Below the pieces are notes generated by a model. The model was not told the DNA's origin, ran no database searches, and saw only the letters and a program-made list of their open reading frames with translations. From Mobula hypostoma (Eukaryota), in contig NC_086109.1 in NCBI RefSeq assembly GCF_963921235.1, positions 29,390,001 to 29,454,000 of the forward strand: 64,000 nucleotides of DNA, in the 5' to 3' direction. Shown here piece after piece: positions 1 through 13,235 of this stretch (the stretch's first letter is position 1; the number at the start of each line of letters is the position of its first letter). A program made the translations under genes and the position numbers.

Positions 1-290
1 AAAGCTGACCAACACCTCCACCCATTAACGCACCCACCATATCCCGCACCACCACTCCTGTCAGTCACTTTATGTAGACACTCCTGTGCTTAGTGTCCCT
101 GTATGGATATACAGTCAATCTATGTCGATAAACTATCTTATGTAGTTATATATACATTTCGTTTTTTTTATTGTGGTGTTCTTTATCTTATTTTATCTTA
201 TTGTGTTTTTTTTGTGCTGCTTCAGATCCAGAGAAATAATTACTTTGTTCTCCTTTGCACTTGTGTACTGGAAATGACATTCAAGATTAA
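1..290 (+). mobile_element. Old LINE 3' UTR remnant (Rex/Babar-like), cut by window start
   Basis: T-rich UTR ending ...gcacttgtgtactggaaatgacatt, resembling other LINE tails in the window. Confidence 0.4.
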
Positions 291-877
291 ATAACTTTGA
301 ATATTAAAACTTAGATTGTCCTCTGGATACTATGACAGGTAATAGCTGGAGCTTTCTGATTGTTGCTGTTTGATTATTTTTTTCAGAATTGTTGTCATTT
401 CCAGTAATGAGTTATTCCACCCCTGATATCAGACCAGTTACCAAGGAAAGATTTGGTTTCAGTTACTGGCTGTTTAAGTGTTGTAGTTTGCTACATGACA
501 GTGTTAAAGAGAAGCTTAGTGTCCTAGAATTATTTTGCCAATACCTTTGAGCAAAACATTAGGCAGCTGAGGAGTTATTGTTCAGTTTGTGCATCTAAAA
601 TATGTTCTTTGCTTTATTACAATAATCCTATAGTTCTTGTACCATGCAATGAACAGTTTTGGAGAGTAGCAGAACAGATTGTCTCATTTTGAATCTGGCA
701 GGACTTCTAAATACCTGTACCCCAGTAATGTAACAGATAAACATTCCCAGGCACACCTGAAGTGTGAACAAACCAGTAATATTGCCAAAAACCACCTATT
801 CTCAGTGACACGCACAAAATGCTGGAGGAGCTCAGCACGCCAGACAGCATCAGAATGGGAAAGAAATGTGATCCAAC

Positions 878-1200
878 AGACTTTGACGGTGGAATGATGT
901 GGTTTGAGTATCTCAGAAACTGCTGATCTCCTGGGATTTTCACGCACCATAGTCCCTAAGGTTTACAGAGAATGATGCAAAACACACAAAAAAATCCAGT
1001 GAGCGGCAGTTCTGGGGGTAAAGATGCCTTGTTAATGCAAGAGGTCAGAGGGGTTCAAGCTGTCAGGAAGGCGATGGCAACTGAACAACCACGTACAACA
1101 CTGGCATGCAGAAGAGCATCTCTGAATGCACAACACATCGAACTTGGATGTGGACAAGGTACCACAGCAGAAGACCACAAACACACACTTTATTAGGCAC
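878..1200 (+). mobile_element. Degenerate Tc1-like DNA transposon fragment
   Basis: agtatctcagaaactgctgatctcctgggattttcacgc encodes SISETADLLGFSR, an N-terminal HTH typical of fish Tc1 transposases; stops and frameshifts; ends near cactttattagg. Confidence 0.6.
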
Positions 1201-2359
1201 GGTGGGGTGGGGTGGAGGGAGTACACTTACATGGCTCCTTTAATGCTGCTGTGTTCCTTTCTCCACATCCCATTTCCACCAGCACCTCCAAGGAGCTTCT
1301 CACTAGCACTATCAAGTACCATAAGACTTTACCTACCAGTAATTGAAACCAAACCTTGCTCAGTAAAACATCTGATAAAATGAATGTCTGTAAAGTTCAA
1401 TAATTAGTATATCTGCCTCCCCACTGTAATTGAGAAATTTTTACTTTATGTTTGAAGAAACATCTTAAATATGTGTATTTACTTAGTCCATGCTTAATTC
1501 AGAGTAAACTGTAAAACTGTCCCAGGTTCAAAATCAGTTGCAACTCATAATATTTTCATTAGCTTTATACAAACAGCCAAACAGGACCTCCTGTTATCTT
1601 CAGCATGAAAAAGTAACTATGTGCCGCCGAGACTAGTAATTCAATACCAGTCTGTTCAGAAACTGAGGGGAAGCAAAAAATACTCAGAAAAATACTTATT
1701 CTGACTCCAAATGAACACAATCTTGTCATGTAAAAAATGTTTTCAGAAACTATTTTGTACCTATCCTTTAATCCCTTCCGTCCCAAGCAGATCTAATCCA
1801 TCTTTAGAACGTAGTGAGTAACATCCCTCAAAAGGCTTTGTACTTCTTCACTAACCAGTCAAGGATGTTAAAAGGAGCATTGTTTTCAGGAATTCTTGGT
1901 TTACAAATCAGAAATTCCTGCATCTCAACTGTTGTCTATCTGCAAGTGTTACGAAGCTGCTGGCATTCATTTGGAGTCCGAATAATAAACCTGATTCTGA
2001 TTCATTCGTCTTTCCCCTTTATTGTATTATGTTTTAAATAAAAGTTGCATCCTTAAAACTTGTTGAAAAGTAGGTAACTAATATTTATCAGTGTCCTTTT
2101 AAGAAAAGGGACTATTTGGTATGCAGGAATTTCTGTCTCCTGAGCCAGTAATTCCAGATGATAATGTATCTTTTAAATGCAGATATACACTTTTGTTCTC
2201 CAGGCTAATTCTGACAGATGTTTTAAAACTACATCTTATTACAACAGCTTTCAAACTTGCACAATTTATCTTCCAAAGTAGGGATGGCCTGATATGCCAT
2301 AGTAAACTCTATGTGTATACATTCCTGGAGAGTTATTCATTTAGCATAAGAATTCTATC

Positions 2360-2520
2360 TAAGTCCTCCTTCCCCTCCCCCCTGTACCTTTTCATTCTGT
2401 AATCTTCCCCCTTCCTTTCTGGTCCTGAAGAAGGGTCTGGACCCGACATGTCGACTGTTCATTTCCATAGATGGTGTCTGACCGGCTAAGTTCCTCCAGT
2501 ATTTTGTGTGTGTTGCTAAG
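2360..2520 (+). mobile_element. PLE 3' terminal remnant with degenerate hammerhead
   Basis: gtcctgaagaagggtctggacccgacatgtcgactg (GAAA changed to GACA), followed by the common ttcctccagtattttgtgtgtgttg tail. Confidence 0.65.
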
Positions 2521-2956
2521 AATGTTATTATTAGCAAAGAAAGATCAATAAAACATATCAATCAGCAAATATTTGGATGCTGAGAGTTACTGGGCAGGAG
2601 TTAATGTGCGGAAAGAAGGAAGGAAATGGAGAATTAGAATCAGAGTTAGAACCAGGTTTAATATCATCAGCATATGTTGTGAAACTTGTTAACTTTATGG
2701 CAGTGGTACAATGAAAAATACCATAAATATATAGAAGAAAACTGAAAGTATACATATGTATATTAAATAGTGATAAAATAGAAAGAGTGAGATGAAAAAA
2801 TGTATATTGAATGACTCAGAATCAGAATCAGGATTATTATCATTGATGATAATGTTAAACTTTTTTGTAGCAGCATAAAATTACTATAAATTACAAAATA
2901 AATAATGCAATAAAAAAGAATAGAGGTTGCTTTTAGTGGAAGCAAACTGAATATTA

Positions 2957-3150
2957 ACGCAAACAACAGGAATTCTGCAGATGCTGGAAATTCAAGCAAC
3001 ACACATCAAAGTTGCTGGGGAACGCAGCAGGCCAAGCAGCATCTGTAGGAAGAGGTGCAGTCGACGTTTCAGGCCGAGACCCTTCGTCAGGACTAACTGA
3101 AGGAAGAGTGAGTAAGGGATTTGAAAGTTGAAAGTTGATGTGTGTTGCGT
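2957..3150 (-). mobile_element. Short PLE-terminus insertion with 13-bp TSD
   Basis: aaactgaatatta at 2944-2956 and 3151-3163; body nearly identical to the terminus of the GIY-YIG-bearing element at 16240-16940. Confidence 0.85.
3058..3095 (-). ncRNA. Minimal type I hammerhead ribozyme motif (intact core)
   Basis: Minus strand uaguc-CUGACGA-a-gggu(cucg)gccu-GAAAC-GUC-gacug. Confidence 0.8.
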
Positions 3151-3799
3151 AAACTGAATATTATACACTTTAATGCTGGTTGCTCAGTTAAGTATTTAGC
3201 CTTTAGCAACATTACTCATTTCTCCCTCCAGATTCCCTTTCTGTATGGTCTCAACACTTCAAAACAACAAAAAAAATCATTGTATGATATATCACAAGAA
3301 CAGGCTTCTCGGTACATTCCACAGCCTAATAAAAAAAAAGTGGTAACCCCAACCACAAACTATGAGAAAATAGCAATTCCTTCTCATGGTATTTTTCTCT
3401 GTTCTGTTTGCCATTAGACTTTTCCCTTGGGCGGTATCCTTGGAAATTCATCTAAGCCTAAATTTTAATTTTTGTTTAATGTCAACGTAGGTAACAGGGA
3501 ATCATTGTTTTGCAGACTGAAGAATATTGTTTCTCCCCTTCTGATTTCCCAATGACATGGATGTGGGAGCACAAAGCATAACTTACAAATTGATTGGCTA
3601 CTTTAAACTTTCAAACGTGCTGTGGACTTTGAAGAGGATAGTTATAGACTTCAGGAGAATCTGAGAGATGAAACTTGACCCAAAAAATCTTAACTGTAAG
3701 AACAAGGAAAGATAATATAAATTAAGGGCACTATTCTAAAAGGGATGTAGGAAGAGGCAGATTTGAGGAAATAAGTGCATAATCAATGAAAGTGGCTGA

Positions 3800-3956
3800 C
3801 AACAGGAATTCTGCAGATGCTGGAAATTCAAGCAACACACATCAAAGTTACTGGTGAACGCAGCAGGCCAGGCAGCATCTCTAGGAAGAGGTACAATCGA
3901 CGTTTCAGGCCGAGACCCTTCGTCAGGACTAACTGAAGGAAGAGTTAGTAAGAGTA
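3800..3956 (-). mobile_element. Short PLE-terminus insertion with 11-bp TSD and hammerhead motif (3894-3931)
   Basis: aaagtggctga at 3789-3799 and 3957-3967; CUGACGA...GAAACGUC core intact. Confidence 0.85.
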
Positions 3957-4204
3957 AAAGTGGCTGAGCAGGTTGGGAATGGAATGAAAGAATGCATGTA
4001 ATTGTGGGTTTTATAAATAGAGGCAACGAGTGAAAGAGAAAGCTGTGATGAACCTCAGTTTGGCCACTTGTAAGTTAATACGTCCAATTCCAACCACCAT
4101 TCTTGGGGAGGATGTGATAGCCTTTACAGTGCAGACAAGTTTTCAGAAATTAATTTCAGAAATGAGGGGCTTTCATTATGTGGAGAGGATAGAGCATGGA
4201 AACA

Positions 4205-4573
4205 TGTCATTCAGGGCTTGGTATGGCAACTGCTCTGTCCATGATCTCGAGAAACTGTTAAGAGCTGTGGACACAGCTCACAGTATCACAGAATCTTCTA
4301 TGGAGTCCGGCTATACTTCTCACAGCCTCAGTAAAGCAGCCAGCATAATCATAGACCCCATCCACCCCAGTCATTCTTTGTTCACTCTTTCGTGAGGTGG
4401 AAGATGCAAAAGCTTAAACGCATGTGCCGCAAAGCAATGAAAGCTTCTACCTATTGTTTTAAGACTATTCAATGGTTCCCTGAAATGATAAACTGTACTC
4501 TTATCATCACAATCTACCTCATTATGATCTTGCACCTTATTGTCAACTTGCACTGTATCAGCTGTTAAACTTT
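4205..4573 (+). mobile_element. Old Rex/Babar-type LINE 3' fragment; resumes at ~7083-7200 after a nested insertion
   Basis: AWYGNCS...KAASIIIDPIHPSHSLFTL in ORF 4030..4395; UTR continues to gtgacaataataaacc near 7190. Confidence 0.65.
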
Positions 4574-7082
4574 AGTAGTAGTAATAGTAGTAGTAGTCAT
4601 AATAATTAATCTCGGGGGAAATTGGTTTTCATTACAGTTGCTCCATAAATAATAAATAGTAATAGAACCATAACTAGTTAAATAGTAATATGTAAATTAT
4701 GCCAGTGAATTATGAAATGTCCAGGACCAGCCTATTGGCTCAGGATGTCTGACCCTCCAAGGGAGGAGTTGTAAAGTTTGATGGCCACAGGCAGGAATGA
4801 CTTCCTATGACGCTCTGTGCTGCATCTCGGTGGAATGAGTCTCTGGCTGAATGTACTCCTCTGCCCACCCAGTACATTATGTAGTGGATGGGAGACATTG
4901 ACCAAGATGGCATGCAACTTAGATAGCATCCTCTTTTCAGACACCACCGTGAGAGAGTCCAGTTCCATCCCCACAACGTCACTGGCCTTACGAATGAGTT
5001 TGTTGATTCTGTTGGTGTCTGTTACCCTCAGCCTGCTGCCCCAGCACACAACAGCAAACATGATAGCACTGGCCACCACAGACTCGTAGAACATCCTCAG
5101 CATCGTCCGGCAGATGTTAAAGGACCTCAGTCTCCTTAGGAAATAGAGACGGCTCTGACCCTTCTTGTAGACAGCCTCAGTGTTCTTTGACCAGTCCAGT
5201 TTATTGTCAATTCGTATCCCCAGGTATTTGTAATCCTCCACCATGTCCACACTGACCCCCTGGATGGAAACAGGGGTCACCGGTACCTTAGCTCTCCTCA
5301 GGTCTACCACCAGCTCCTTAGTCTTTTTCACATTAAGCTGCAGATAATTCTGCTCACACCATGTGACAAAGTTTCCTACCATAGCCCTGTTCTCACCCTC
5401 ATCTCCCTTGCTGATGCATCCAACTATGGCAGAGTCATTCGAAAACTTCTGAAGATGACAAGACTCTGTGCAGTAGTTGAAGTCCGAGGTGTAAATGGTG
5501 GAGAGAAACTGTGGAGCCCCAGTGCTGCTGATCACTGTGTCGGACACACAGTGTTGCAAGCACACGTACTGTGGTCTGCCAGTCAGGTAATCAAGAATCC
5601 ATGATACCAGGGAAGCATCCACCTGCATCGCTGTCAGCTTCTCCCCCAGCAGAGCAGGGCGGATGGTGTTGAACACACTGGAGAAGTCAAAAAACATGAC
5701 CCCCACAGTGCTCGCTGGCTTGTCCAGTTGGGCATAGACATGGTTCAGACAATGGCATCCTCAACTCCTAGCCGGCGCTGGTAGGTAAACTGGAGGGGAT
5801 CTAAGTGTGGCCTGACCATAGGCCGGAGCAGCTCCAGAACAATTCTCTCCAGTATCTTCACGATGTGGGAGGTCAATGCCACCAGTCTGTAGTCATTGAG
5901 GCCGCTGGAATGCGGCATCTTCGGCACAGGTATGCGGCAGGAGGTCTTCCACAGTACAGGAACCCACCAGAGCCTCAGGCTCAGGTTGAAGACATGGCGA
6001 AGTACTCCACATAGCTGAGGGATACAGGCTTTGAGCACCCTGGTACTGACACCATCTGGTCCTGCAGCCTTGCTTGGGTTGAGACGTTTCAGCTGTCTTC
6101 TCACCTGTAGAACTGTGAAGCCCACCGTGGTGGTTTCGTGTGGGGAAGGGGTATAGTCATGAGAGCAGGGTGGGGGACTGTGAGGAGGGGTAGGAGGGGA
6201 GAGTGGAATATGTGTTGGTTGGGGCCGACAACAGATGGCTCATGTATGGGATGGACAGGGGCCACGCTGTCAAATCTGTTAAAGAACAGGTTAAGTTCAT
6301 TGGCCCTGTCCACACTGCCTTCCGCTCCTCTGTTGCTAGTTTGCCGGAACCCAGTGATGGTCCTCATCCCCCTCCAGACCTCTCTCATGTTGTTCTGCTG
6401 GAGTTTCCACTCAAGTTTCCTCCTGTACCTGTCTTTAGCCTCCCTGATCCTGGCTTTCAGGTCACTCTGTATTGCCCTCAGCTCCTCCCTATTTCCATCT
6501 CTAAACGCCCACTTTTTAGCATTCAGGATGTCCTTAATGTCCTTTGTCACCCATGGCTTGTTATTTGAATAACAAAGGACAGTTCTTGTCGGAACATTGC
6601 AGTCCACACAGAACTTGATGTAATCAGTGATGCACTCTGTGAGCCCATCAATATCCTCTCCATGTGGCTCACAGAGTGCCTGCCAGTCTGTCACCTCAAA
6701 ACAACCCTCATAAGCCTCCTCTGACCATTTTCTCACTGTCCTCGAGGTTGCAGGTTTACTCTTCACCAGAGGCACGTAGCAGGGTTTTAGATGCACCAGG
6801 TTGTGATCTGACCTTCCTAGTGGGGGGAGGAGAAAAGAGCTGTATGCATCCTTAACGTTAGTGTACATCAAATCCAGAGTCCTCTCCCCTCTGGTTGTAC
6901 AGCTTACATACAGCGTGAAGTTGGGCAGTGTTCCAGCCATGGTAGCCTGGTTGAAGTCACCCGAGATGGTAATGAGGGCACTCAGGTGCTGGGTTTGTAA
7001 TCTGGCTATGACGGTGTAAATGTCACACGTCGATGTCGGGTTGGCCGAGGGAGGGATGTACACAACAACCACAATTGCATGC
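4574..7082 (-). mobile_element. Rex1/Babar-clade non-LTR retrotransposon, 5'-truncated, ~2.5 kb
   Basis: Endonuclease C-terminal half plus RT in three broken ORFs; short-tandem-repeat 3' tail; close relatives at 38590, 40152 and 47862. Confidence 0.92.
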
Positions 7083-7084
7083 AA
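4732..7084 (-). pseudogene. Frameshifted APE endonuclease-reverse transcriptase ORF (6101..7084, 5745..6125, 4732..5706)
   Basis: VYIPP, ISGDFN, TLDL, GRSDH, KAAGPDG, LNDYR, FFDFSSVFNTI, YKYLG motifs; catalytic FSDD is FSND here; 21-nt deletion after GAPQ relative to the 48.8-kb copy. Confidence 0.9.
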
Positions 7085-7419
7085 TGTATTCTACATTGCT
7101 TTTGTTTTAACTTGTTCTCCCTCTATGTACTGTGTAATAAATTGACCTGTATGAACAAGATTTTCTTTGCACCTTGGTGCATGTGACAATAATAAACCAA
7201 CTGTCAAGTAGCCATCTTCATCTCATATCCATGTTAAGATCACCTTCTCCCCCTCATCATGGATGCTAGTTGTGGTTAATTAACTTGCCAGATAACATGA
7301 CCTTGGCAGGTGGGATAAAACTGGAGCATATGGAGGAAATCTTCTCACTTACAAGGAGAAGGTGTAAACTCCACAGAATCAGCACCTGAGTTTGGATCAA
7401 ACCCAGATTTCTGGAGTTT

Positions 7420-7622
7420 TGGGACAGCATGGTGGTGTAGTTAATGTAACATTATTACACCATCAAGAACTTGGGTATAAGGAGTTCGTAAGTCTCCCCG
7501 TGGGTTTCTTCTGGGTACTCTGGTCTCGGTCTACATTCCAAAGATGTGCAGTTTAGTAGGTTAATTGGTCAATGGGTGGCAAGGGGTCATTGGCTGGTAG
7601 GGCCTGTTACAGTGCTGTATCA
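7420..7622 (+). mobile_element. tRNA-derived V-SINE (HE1-like), degenerate
   Basis: A-box-like head; V-domain-like gtgggtttcttctgggtactctgg...ccaaaga. Confidence 0.55.
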
Positions 7623-10504
7623 AAGTTCAAAGTTTAATATACATTTATTATGAACCCATTAAAAAAAGATCATCAAGCACCCAATGTGTAGAGAGAAAAA
7701 TCAAATCATGCAGGCAAATAGCGCTCAGAACTGAAGTCCTCAAAAGAGAGTCCATCCACAGCCACGAAGCCACAGCCTCAGTGCAGTGCTGAGCCAAGAA
7801 AACGCCACAGAGCAGAGAGCCGAAGAGGCCCATCCCACACCTCTGGCCCTGACACCCTGACCTTTTCAATCTGGCCCGGTGCTGAAATCATCATCTAACC
7901 ATCAGGTTCTGTGGCTTTGATATGTTATGGGGGGTCGACACCGCCTCCTGCCCTGACTCTGCCTCATCTTGCCTCCACTCGCCTCGCTAAATCTAAATCA
8001 TAATGAGGTAGCAATGCCAAAAGTTACTTCACCGTGATACCACTTCTGTATAGAGGCAGCACAGACTTAATGGCCTGAATGGCCACTTTCCAAGCTGTAA
8101 TTTTACTGTGATTCTGTGGATTATTCTCAGGAGCCAAATGTCTGTAACTATTTTCAAACTCTTTTCGATTTTCCATTGCATTCCAGTTCTCCCCACTCCA
8201 CATCGAATGGATGCAAACAAATTTTAAAACAAAATGGTGATCAAAATGTCAAAAGCTAATATCAAATAATTGAGGTTTACATAAAAAAAGCAAAAATAAA
8301 GACTATTTCAGTCTCTTCATCTTCTCAACAGGACTTCAGTTTCCTTCAGCCTAGCAGGAAATAATGAAGAGCTCAAGACTGAGGTAAAATGACAGTGAAA
8401 TTGTGTAGCACCTTAACCTGACATTGAATATCATCCAAGAACCAATTAATTTACAAAATTGAAATCCAGCTGACTACGCAAACTATAATTGGCAGGGTCA
8501 GACTTTATTGACCTCTCTCTGCAAACAGAATCATTTTGTTTGTGATTCATGGGGGAGGGCGATCATCACAAGTCTGGGAACTGCTCACACTGCTCTCATA
8601 CCACCTTGATGCTATGCTGGAAATCTCACCTAATAGCGCTTTCGTCCGCAGTATTTACACCAGACAATTGCTACTTCAGTACAATACCAATGTTAATTTC
8701 AAAGAAGGTTGCACACTGACAATCAATAGACAGTATTGGCAAAAATCTAATCTTTTAATTCAAAATCAATCCACACTAAATTGAAAATAATTGCATTTCA
8801 ATATAATCCCAGTTTGTGAAAAATACACTTTAAAAGGGTACAACAACAATACATGGAGCATACAAAGACAGGCATTAAAAGAATAAGAAATATCTTTTAA
8901 TACAGGTTTTCCAAGTACCAAAAATGTGATGTTATGGAGTTGTTGTGAAAAGCAAGAAACAAATCAGGCATGTGAATTCCTTTGTTTATAGACGACAACT
9001 CTCCAATAAGACTTCATTAACAAGGCCATGAGATTTTTTCCACACACATTTAACTAGGTATTTTGATAACGACTGCCATGTAGTTCAAAGAACATCACAG
9101 GCAGCCTAACCATTCACTTCCTTCTCATATTTACAAACTGGGCATTTGCAAACCTGGTCATGAAGAAAGGATAATCCTTAAAGAGATTTTGAATGACAAA
9201 TAGGATGCCTTTCTAGTGACCTCCTGACCTCTCAACAAAGTAGGAGTTTTTCCCACACACTGTTGCTTTGAGGTGGCCGAGCAGAATTTCTTTTATGGCT
9301 GTTAGGTCAGTGACCTCCTCTGGCTCCTAGAGAATACAAAAATTCCAAACATTTACCTGCAAAGAACATTGACATCCTGTTGAATTCCTTAAAAAAATAC
9401 AAGATTGCAATCTTTCTTTCTTTATTCATCTAAAACTATTAAAACCATTAAAATTGACTTCAGAATGTTGCAGACACTCGGCATCCGCTTTCTGGATTGC
9501 TCTGCTGAAGCGTAACATTAACACTTAAATTAACACCCCATCATTCCTTCAATTCTACATCTTGACTTTATCTTGAAGCAAAACAGTCAAAGAATGTCAT
9601 AGCAAACAAAGCAATCAGCCCCATTGATGCCTAATTAGTAAAGTTTTTGTGTTGTTTCACCTGGATTTCCATGAGCTCCTCACCATCCTTTGCTTCCAGA
9701 CTAGGGCCTCAGGCAAAACACTTAAAATACCTTACTTATCTTCCAGCCTCTGTTGAGTTTACATTCTAATTTGACTGAGTTTTCCATATTAGCATACTTC
9801 CTTTATCTGGCGATTAAGGGAGACTTGAGAAGAATATGTAGAATCCCCAGCATTTCTTCTACAAGTGAAGTGTTTTATTTTCGGCTATTTGAATAAAACT
9901 ACAATTTCTACCAAGTGAAAGTCTGTTTTATTTTAAAAGTGTGACAGCCCAAGTGTTCTGAATTACCTTTGAGCCAGATTTCATTGCCACTTATATATTT
10001 AACAGATCATTACCATAAATTCCAGTTAGTAGCAGTTGTTTTGAAGGGAGAGGAGTTTTAAACGTATGTAGATGGAGGCAGAGTTGTATTGATTGCAAAA
10101 GAATGATGGACTGTGAAAAAAAACATGAATAAGCAGATTCATTTTGCACTCTTAGCACAGGAACTGACTTTGGGGACTTTGGTACAGGCTTGGCAAACAA
10201 AAGGCAGCCCATCCCCAGTTTATCACAATAAATGTTAGATATAGTCACATCAGCATGTTCTGCTTCGCTTTCAATATTCAGTGGCCACTGAAAGCAACAG
10301 AATCAAATTTCAGAAGCGAAGGACTGCCGCTAGCATCCAGCACAATCAGTATTACCCACGGAGGATAAATTGCAAGCCAGATCACATAAACACAACAGCA
10401 GGTTGGAAATTGACAAAATGATTGAAGCATCTTTTGGAAAGATGACAGGCAGGACTGTTAGTTCTTCGATAATCTCTCACAAGCAACAACAGGATCAAGT
10501 TATT

Positions 10505-10845
10505 AACATAAGAGGAGTGGATGTTTCCTATGGAGGGGGTATCCAGAACCAGAGGGCACAGCCCCAAAATTGAGGGACGACCCTCTAGTGCAGAGTTAAG
10601 GAGGATTTTTTTTAGCCAGGGAGTAGTGAATCTGTGGAATGCTCTGCCACAGACCACGGTGGAGGCCAAGTCTGTGCGTATATGTAAGACGGAAATTGAT
10701 CATTTCCTGATCGGACAGGACATCAAAGGATGTGGTGTGAAGGCAGGTGTATGGGGTTGAGTTGGATCTGGGATCAGTCATGATGGAATGGCAGAGCAGA
10801 CTCAATGGGCTGAAGGGCCTAATTCTGCTCCTATGTCTTATGATA
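10505..10845 (+). mobile_element. CR1 LINE 3' end
   Basis: SRTRGHS...RRIFFSQGVVNLWNALP, then gggctgaagggcctaattctgctcctatgtcttatg tail. Confidence 0.85.
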
Positions 10846-11329
10846 TTAAGGTCTTAAGAGATTCTGCAGATGTTGTAAATCCAGTGCAACATATACAAAA
10901 TACTGGAGGAACTCAGGAGGTCAGGCAGCACCTATGGAAAAGAATTAACAGTTGGTATTTTAGGCCAAGACCCTTCATCAAGACTGAAACAAGTGGGAAG
11001 GATCAAGATGGTTCTATCTGACACTTCCCATAGTGTGCTTGCACACAGCCATGTTGTAACATGAAACGCAATGGATGTCGGCTGATAATGCATCTGACTT
11101 CCTACTTTGACCTGAACTGACTCAGAACATGTTGCAGCAAAGGGCTACAATCATTCATTCTTGGCACCTCAGTTTTACTCCATTTTATTCAGCGATAATG
11201 AGCAGATCCATTTTAGATGCATTCATTTGAATAAGGTTACCCACCCGCACATAAAAGGTTAGTAAATACATTTTGGTAATCAATTAATTACATTATTCCT
11301 ATCAGTGACATCCGAACACAGATTAAAGA

Positions 11330-11640
11330 TTTAAAGATCAGCTTTATTTGTCACATTTACATCGAAACATCAAAATATACAGTGAAACACATTGCTTGCT
11401 TTAACGACCAACAAAATCCAAAGATGTGCTGGGTCAACCTGCAAGTGATGTTATGCTTCTGGCCTCATCACAGCAAGCTCACAACCTACAAACCCTGATC
11501 CATACATCTTTTGAATGTGAGAGGAAACTGCAGCACCCAAAGAAAACCCACATAACCACAAGGAGAAGCTCATTATAGATGATGTTAGGAATTGAACCCC
11601 CAATCACTGATTGCTGGCACAGTCAAGCATTGTGATAATA
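11330..11640 (-). mobile_element. V-SINE copy
   Basis: Reverse-complement V-domain (gaggaaactgcagcacccaaagaaaaccca) and B-box (ggaattgaacc). Confidence 0.6.
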
Positions 11641-11671
11641 ACTGAAAGACATTTTAAAAAAGGAATCCATG

Positions 11672-11707
11672 AGTTCTGATGAAGGGTCTTGACCGGAAAC
11701 GTTGACT
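11672..11707 (+). ncRNA. Hammerhead ribozyme motif in a PLE terminus (11670-11808)
   Basis: aguu-CUGAUGA-agggucuugaccg-GAAAC-GUU-gacu. Confidence 0.65.
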
Positions 11708-12574
11708 ATTTACTTTTTTCCATAGATGCTGCCTGGCCTGCTGAGCTCCTCCAGCATTTTGTGTGTGTTGCTTTGGATTTCCAGCATCTGCAGATTTTAT
11801 CGTATTTAGAATCCATGCACAGTAGGTTTTAGTGAGCTTTTGGATCTCCTGCATTCTTTCCACCCAACATCTTCTCTTTAACTTAGGAGATTCTGATGAA
11901 CCTCAACCACTGGACACTAGTAGAGCTGAGGATTGTCGTTTCCAATTCAACTTAGTTAATTAATTCCTGGATCTTCAAGTCCTCTTCAATGCCGTGGTGT
12001 TTTCTGGTCGAAAAGTGCAAAAAGAACAAAACAGTTGTCAATTGTGATGGACTTCAGGGCAGCTACTGTTCAGCTCCAGATAAAGGGTCCCAACCTGAAA
12101 TGTTGACTTTTTATTCCTTTCTATAGATGCTGCCTTACCAGCTGAGTTCCTCCAGCATTTTATCTGTGTCTCTGGATTTCCAGAACCTCTTGTGTTTATG
12201 CATACTGTTCATCTCCTGCTGCTTGGGCACATTGGGTTAACTGTGAGGTACTCTCTATGAATGACTGTCTATGTTGGGTCTTGAAGATAAGGATCCTGAT
12301 GAAGGCCCGTAATATTGACTGTTTATTCCCATCCATAGATGCTGTCTGACCTGCTGAGCTCCTCCAGTACATTATCTGTATTGCTCCTTAAGGTAACGGT
12401 TCTTGCTTCATTTTTCATTTGTTTCAATTAATGGCAGTAACGGAGTGAGTTAGGCAGGGATAAGTCCAACAGACATCAGTAGTATCATGGTGCAGTTCAT
12501 GCAGACTTCCTTGTGCAGCTGTTCCTTGTACTATTTCGTGATCCAACAACTTGCCAGTGACTGAAACAGGGGAG

Positions 12575-13235
12575 AAAGCAGAGAAAGCAGGATCTCCCAG
12601 TGGCCACACATTTTAATTCCACATACCATTCCCATACTGATATGTCTATTCACGGTCTCCTCTACTGTCAAGATGAAGCCACACTCAGGTTGGAGGAACA
12701 ACACCTTATATTCCATCTGGGTAGCCTCTAACCTGATGGCATGAACATTGACTTGTCTAACTTCCGTTAATGCCCCTCCTCCCCTTCTTACTCCATCCCT
12801 TATCTATTTATTTATTATTTTTTAATGTTTTCCCTTTTTTTTCTCCCTCTCTTTTTTCTCCCTATGTCCCTCTCACAATAACTCCTTGCCTGCTCTCTAT
12901 CTTCCTCTGGGCTCCCCTCCCCCTTTCTTTCTCCCTAGGCTTCCCATCCCATGATCCTCACCCTTCTCCAGCCTTGTATCCCTTTTGCCAATCAACCTTC
13001 CAGCTTTTGGCTCCATCCCTCCCCCTCCTGTCTTCTCCTATCATTTCAGATCTCCGCCTCCCCCTCCCACTTTCAAATTGCTTACTATCTCTTCTTTCAG
13101 TTAGTCCTGACGAAGGGTCTCGGACCGAAACGTCGACTGTACTTCTTCCTATAGATGCTGCCTGGCCTGCTGCGTTCCACCAGCATTTTGTGTGTGTTGC
13201 TTGAATTTCCAGCACCTGCAGATTTCCTCGTGTTT
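12575..13235 (+). mobile_element. Penelope-like element 3' part (GIY-YIG C-terminus, pyrimidine-rich UTR, hammerhead)
   Basis: Homologous to the reverse complement of 16240-16830. Confidence 0.85.
13102..13139 (+). ncRNA. Minimal type I hammerhead ribozyme motif (intact core)
   Basis: uaguc-CUGACGA-ag-gguc(ucg)gacc-GAAAC-GUC-gacug. Confidence 0.8.

Noticed and set aside
6138..6572. Antisense ORFs over LINE and Gypsy coding regions
   Set aside because: Shadow ORFs of GC-richer retroelement sequence
12770..13204. Recurring peptide SPDEGSRPETST...DAAWPA in many ORFs
   Set aside because: Translation of the non-coding PLE terminus and hammerhead, not a protein family
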